From NCBI GenBank assembly GCA_049967855.1, contig JBMFRX010000018.1, positions 1-25,023 on the forward strand: DNA of 25,023 nt, given 5' to 3'. The notes beneath the pieces were generated by a model. It saw only the letters and a program-made list of their open reading frames with translations, had not been told where the DNA came from and ran no database searches. This stretch comes from Caldisericaceae bacterium (GTDB lineage: Bacteria; Caldisericota; Caldisericia; Caldisericales; Caldisericaceae). A program made the translations under genes and the position numbers. This document shows, piece after piece, positions 24,337 through 25,023 of the stretch (positions are counted from its first letter, which is position 1; every line of letters begins with the position of its first letter).

Positions 24337-24420
24337 GCCGGGATGGCGGAATTGGCAGACGCGTACGTTTGAGGGGCGTATGGTAACACCGTGTGGGTTC
24401 AAGTCCCACTCCCGGCACCA
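24337..24420 (+). tRNA. tRNA-Leu (anticodon GAG)
   Basis: Acceptor GCCGGGA/TCCCGGC, anticodon arm TACGT-TTGAGGG-GCGTA, long variable arm, GGTTCAAGTCC, CCA. 84 nt. Confidence 0.97.
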
Positions 24421-24422
24421 TC

Positions 24423-24497
24423 GGGCGGATAGTTCAGCGGTAGAACGCTTGCCTTACACGCAAGAAGTCACAGGTTCGAATCCTGTTTCGCCCACCA
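24423..24497 (+). tRNA. tRNA-Val (anticodon TAC)
   Basis: Acceptor GGGCGGA/TTCGCCC, anticodon arm CTTGC-CTTACAC-GCAAG, ACAGG-TTCGAAT-CCTGT, CCA. 75 nt. Confidence 0.97.
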
Positions 24498-24512
24498 AAA
24501 CTAGTTCATATT

Positions 24513-24588
24513 GCCGAGGTAGCTCAGTCGGTAGAGCAGTGGACTGAAAATCCACGTGTCGACGGTTCGATTCCGCCCCTCGGCACCA
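24513..24588 (+). tRNA. tRNA-Phe (anticodon GAA)
   Basis: Acceptor GCCGAGG/CCTCGGC, anticodon arm GTGGA-CTGAAAA-TCCAC, TTCGATT loop, CCA. 76 nt. Confidence 0.97.
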
Positions 24589-25023
24589 TACAGAAGGGCG
24601 ACACTTTGTTGTGGTTACTACACGCTTTGACATTTTCAAGGCCAAAATCTCGAACTTTCAACTCACTTATACCATCTTCCTCATTTGTGCTTTCTAAATC
24701 ACTACCAGACTGCTGTAATGCTTTGATTTCAGCAATTTTCTCACTACCAGGGAAGACGAACAAAAGTTCAGCGTGATGTTTAAAAATTACGACCTTTTCA
24801 ACGAAAAGTTTCAAAAATGCGTTAAGCTTCCTTGAATCGGTATTTTTAAAGCCTTCTTTGATTATGTCAGACAAGTTTCTTATATCTCGCTCCCCAATCT
24901 CAGCTGGAATGTCAGTGTCAACTTTTGCAAGGCTCTCAACCAAGTCTGCCTTCTGCAATTTCAATTCGTCTATCCTGTCAAGTACAGTATCATCGCGCTT
25001 TCCCTTCTCAATGACTCTCAACA
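24524..25023 (-). CDS. C-terminal part of a probable large serine recombinase (integrase); start lies beyond the window
   Basis: Frame is open to the window edge. Coiled-coil DRIDELKLQKADLVESL followed by RKLNAFLKLFVEKVVI...ELLF resembles the end of LSR zinc-ribbon/coiled-coil domains. Converges on a tRNA. The catalytic domain is not visible. Confidence 0.7.
   Translation of the reverse strand, partial: LRVIEKGKRDDTVLDRIDELKLQKADLVESLAKVDTDIPAEIGERDIRNLSDIIKEGFKNTDSRKLNAFLKLFVEKVVIFKHHAELLFVFPGSEKIAEIKALQQSGSDLESTNEEDGISELKVRDFGLENVKACSNHNKVSPFCMVPRGGIEPSTRGFSVHCSTD
24589..25023. mobile_element. Probable left end of an element (prophage/ICE/island) integrated at tRNA-Phe
   Basis: A recombinase-like ORF directly abuts and overlaps the tRNA, and there is no terminator hairpin after the tRNA cluster. 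The other att site is not in the window. Confidence 0.6.

Noticed and set aside
24335..24645. ORF-track entries 24335-24547 (+) and 24454-24645 (-)
   Set aside because: They are translations of tRNA genes, with no coding support.
1..25023. CRISPR arrays, IS elements, rRNA, defence systems; dgt as an antiphage dGTPase
   Set aside because: No regularly spaced repeats, transposase or rRNA sequence were seen. dgt is in its housekeeping glyQS-ppdK context.

Overview
Bacterial chromosomal window, mostly core genes in a Firmicutes-like order. An anaerobic thermophile-like lineage such as Caldisericota is plausible but is inference only. The left ~4.9 kb is an accessory envelope region: a partial membrane protein with an unannotated 50-aa upstream ORF, an ECF sigma factor with a membrane-anchored anti-sigma-like partner, a DUF2202 ferritin-like / DUF4405 pair, a lipoprotein and a small secreted protein. 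A minus-strand operon follows (deoC-recO-glyQ-glyS-ppdK-dgt), then tRNA-Arg(ACG), DUF72, a DUF5671-like membrane protein and a Nif3-family gene. Next come rapZ-yvcK-whiA-rpoN-gap-GNAT-pgk, a copper-amine-oxidase-N-domain protein, secG and tRNA-Leu/Val/Phe. At the right edge, the C-terminus of a probable large serine recombinase reads antisense into tRNA-Phe, marking the probable boundary of an integrated element. Most notable: (1) the integrase gene ends inside the tRNA, so its att site may lie within its own ORF; (2) the ECF module carries the same TGTAAC-N16-CGCCT promoter twice, upstream of and inside the sigma gene, and the anti-sigma gene has a possible second start giving a secreted isoform; (3) whiA lacks a canonical start for its conserved N-terminus; (4) recurrent leaderless genes and 16-bp promoter spacers.
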